From a virus, in IMG/VR virus record IMGVR_UViG_3300045988_015028, positions 1 through 5,451 of that record: a stretch of DNA of 5,451 bases. One strand, written 5' to 3'. This document shows, piece after piece, positions 4,864-5,451 of the stretch; positions within the stretch are counted from its first letter, which is position 1; each line of letters starts with the position of its first letter. The notes below the pieces were generated by a model, which searched no databases, was not told the DNA's origin, and was given only the letters and a program-made list of their open reading frames with translations. The position numbers and the translations under genes were made by a program.

Positions 4864-5124
4864 ATGTTAAAAGATTACTATTATTCTTCATTCGTCGGTA
4901 CTAAATGTACTTTGAAGCCTTCTACCATTAAGGCCGTTAATGATATTCTTCTTATGCAAGCCTGCTTTAGCACCTATGGTCGTTATCGTGCTTATTGTAA
5001 GCGCGTGCAATCTTCCGGTAAATGCTTTCTTTGGCATGGTTTCTATCATGTGGTTACTGACGAGTGTAAAAACAGGCTTTTATGTATTTTAAAAGCTGAT
5101 TCTTTAAATGATGAGGTGGAATAA
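4864..5124 (+). CDS. Hypothetical 86-aa Cys/His-rich protein. It is an orphan ORF between VP4 and the VP5-like gene.
   Basis: The ATG at 4864 has GAGG at 4852-4855, 8 nt upstream. The longer TTG-initiated version in the ORF track (4807) would begin upstream of the predicted promoter -10, so it is disfavoured. The protein has 6 Cys and contains CKRVQSSGKCFLWHGFYH (C-x8-C-x3-H-x3-H). Its stop overlaps the next start (TAATG at 5122-5126). I recognise no family. Confidence 0.55.
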   Translation: MLKDYYYSSFVGTKCTLKPSTIKAVNDILLMQACFSTYGRYRAYCKRVQSSGKCFLWHGFYHVVTDECKNRLLCILKADSLNDEVE

Positions 5125-5405
5125 TGAAACTTTATTGTATTTATGACCGTAAAGGCGAGCTTATGAACCCGCCTTTCGTGCAACAAAATAATGCTATGGC
5201 TATCCGTCAATTTCAAATCATGGTTAATCAGCCTTCTACTCCGGAGCGTTCCAATATTATCCATGATTATCATGAGGACTTCGTTCTTATGTATCTCGGT
5301 GAATTTAATGACAAAACGTGTGAATTTTCCCCACAAAATCCCACTTTGCTTTTGTCTACCGCCACAGAACTATTGACTTCCCCACCCCAGACTGCTAAAA
5401 TTTAG
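5124..5405 (+). CDS. Small non-structural protein, gokushovirus VP5-like (tentative).
   Basis: 93-aa ORF with GAGGTG at 5113-5118 upstream. Its start overlaps the preceding stop by 1 nt. MKLYCIYDRKGELMNPPF...AMAIRQF...HEDFVLMYLGEFNDKTCEF resembles the pattern I recall for microvirus VP5-type proteins (MK.F.(I/V)YD.K.....PF......A.R.F .... EDY.L...G.FD...G). This is a memory-based call. Its position after VP4 fits VP5. Confidence 0.6.
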   Translation: MKLYCIYDRKGELMNPPFVQQNNAMAIRQFQIMVNQPSTPERSNIIHDYHEDFVLMYLGEFNDKTCEFSPQNPTLLLSTATELLTSPPQTAKI

Positions 5406-5451
5406 TTGTAAGGTACGCTTGCCCGCTTTCTCATTCTGTGGTATAATCAAC
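5397..5451. repeat. Terminal redundancy, right copy of nt 1-55. Most likely an assembly overlap of a circular contig rather than a biological repeat.
   Basis: Exact 55-nt identity with the window start. Microviridae genomes are circular ssDNA. An overlap of exactly 55 nt matches a commonly used de Bruijn k-mer size. Confidence 0.95.

Noticed and set aside
4822-4872. dif-like XerD-arm matches, considered as a possible XerCD integration motif of the kind described for lysogenic enterobacterial gokushoviruses. atttcacatat (4822-4832, minus-strand sense atatgtgaaat) and atatgttaaaa (4862-4872) each match 9 of 11 positions of the E. coli dif XerD arm TTATGTTAAAT.
   Set aside because: The adjacent sequence does not resemble a XerC arm (about 4 of 11). 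About one 9-of-11 match is expected by chance in 2 x 5.4 kb, and more in AT-rich sequence. Both hits coincide with elements explained otherwise, the promoter spacer/-10 and the start codon region. The true host's dif sequence is also unknown.
268-5336. All minus-strand ORFs in the track: 268-453, 480-680, 793-1014, 1630-2013, 3087-3278, 3242-3442, 3393-3608, 4611-4862 and 5046-5336.
   Set aside because: Each lies antisense to a well-supported + strand gene or spans its regulatory region. None has a recognisable SD, and their translations are low-complexity with no motif. Microviridae transcribe only one strand. They are most simply explained as a by-product of the composition of the antisense strand.
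1-5451. Scan for tRNA or rRNA genes, CRISPR arrays, transposase or integrase genes, and toxin-antitoxin or defence/anti-defence gene clusters.
   Set aside because: There are no repeat-spacer arrays, no cloverleaf-compatible segments, and no ORF with recombinase or nuclease motifs other than the HUH Rep. The only long exact repeat is the 55-nt terminal overlap, which is a circularisation artefact.

Overview
The window is one complete circular ssDNA phage genome of the family Microviridae, with gokushovirus-like gene content. It has been linearised with a 55-nt terminal overlap: nt 1-55 are identical to nt 5397-5451, so the unit length is 5396 nt. All credible genes lie on the + strand, which is visibly T-rich. 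Most are preceded by a canonical AAGGAG-type Shine-Dalgarno sequence.

Gene order:
- VP3-like internal scaffolding protein (274-717)
- VP1 major capsid protein (928-2574)
- VP2-like minor capsid/pilot protein (2592-3392)
- an 89-aa ORF with a hydrophobic N-terminus (3399-3668)
- a 37-aa arginine-rich ORF missing from the supplied ORF track (3707-3820), probably the J/VP8-type DNA-condensing protein
- VP4 rolling-circle replication initiator with HUH and YxxxY motifs (3838-4782)
- an 86-aa Cys/His-rich orphan ORF (4864-5124)
- a 93-aa VP5-like ORF (5124-5405)

This is not a cellular defence island or a multi-gene novel system. The points worth following up are cis-elements and small ORFs:
1. 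A perfect 19-bp hairpin in the VP3-VP1 spacer has a 10-nt loop, CTACTTGATA. This matches 9 of 10 positions of the phiX174 gene A protein minimal cleavage substrate CAACTTGATA, making it a strong candidate (+)-strand origin and nick site.
2. A perfect consensus sigma70 promoter (TTGACA-17-TATAAT) sits behind three helically phased A5 tracts. It drives the orphan 86-aa ORF and the VP5-like gene.
3. An extended -10 promoter is followed within about 70 nt by an intrinsic-terminator-like hairpin and a second hairpin, all inside the 264-nt non-coding region.
4. There are candidate membrane or lysis ORFs: the 89-aa ORF, and Leu-rich ORFs overprinted in VP2.

All functional assignments come from motif recognition by eye. 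No database search was possible.
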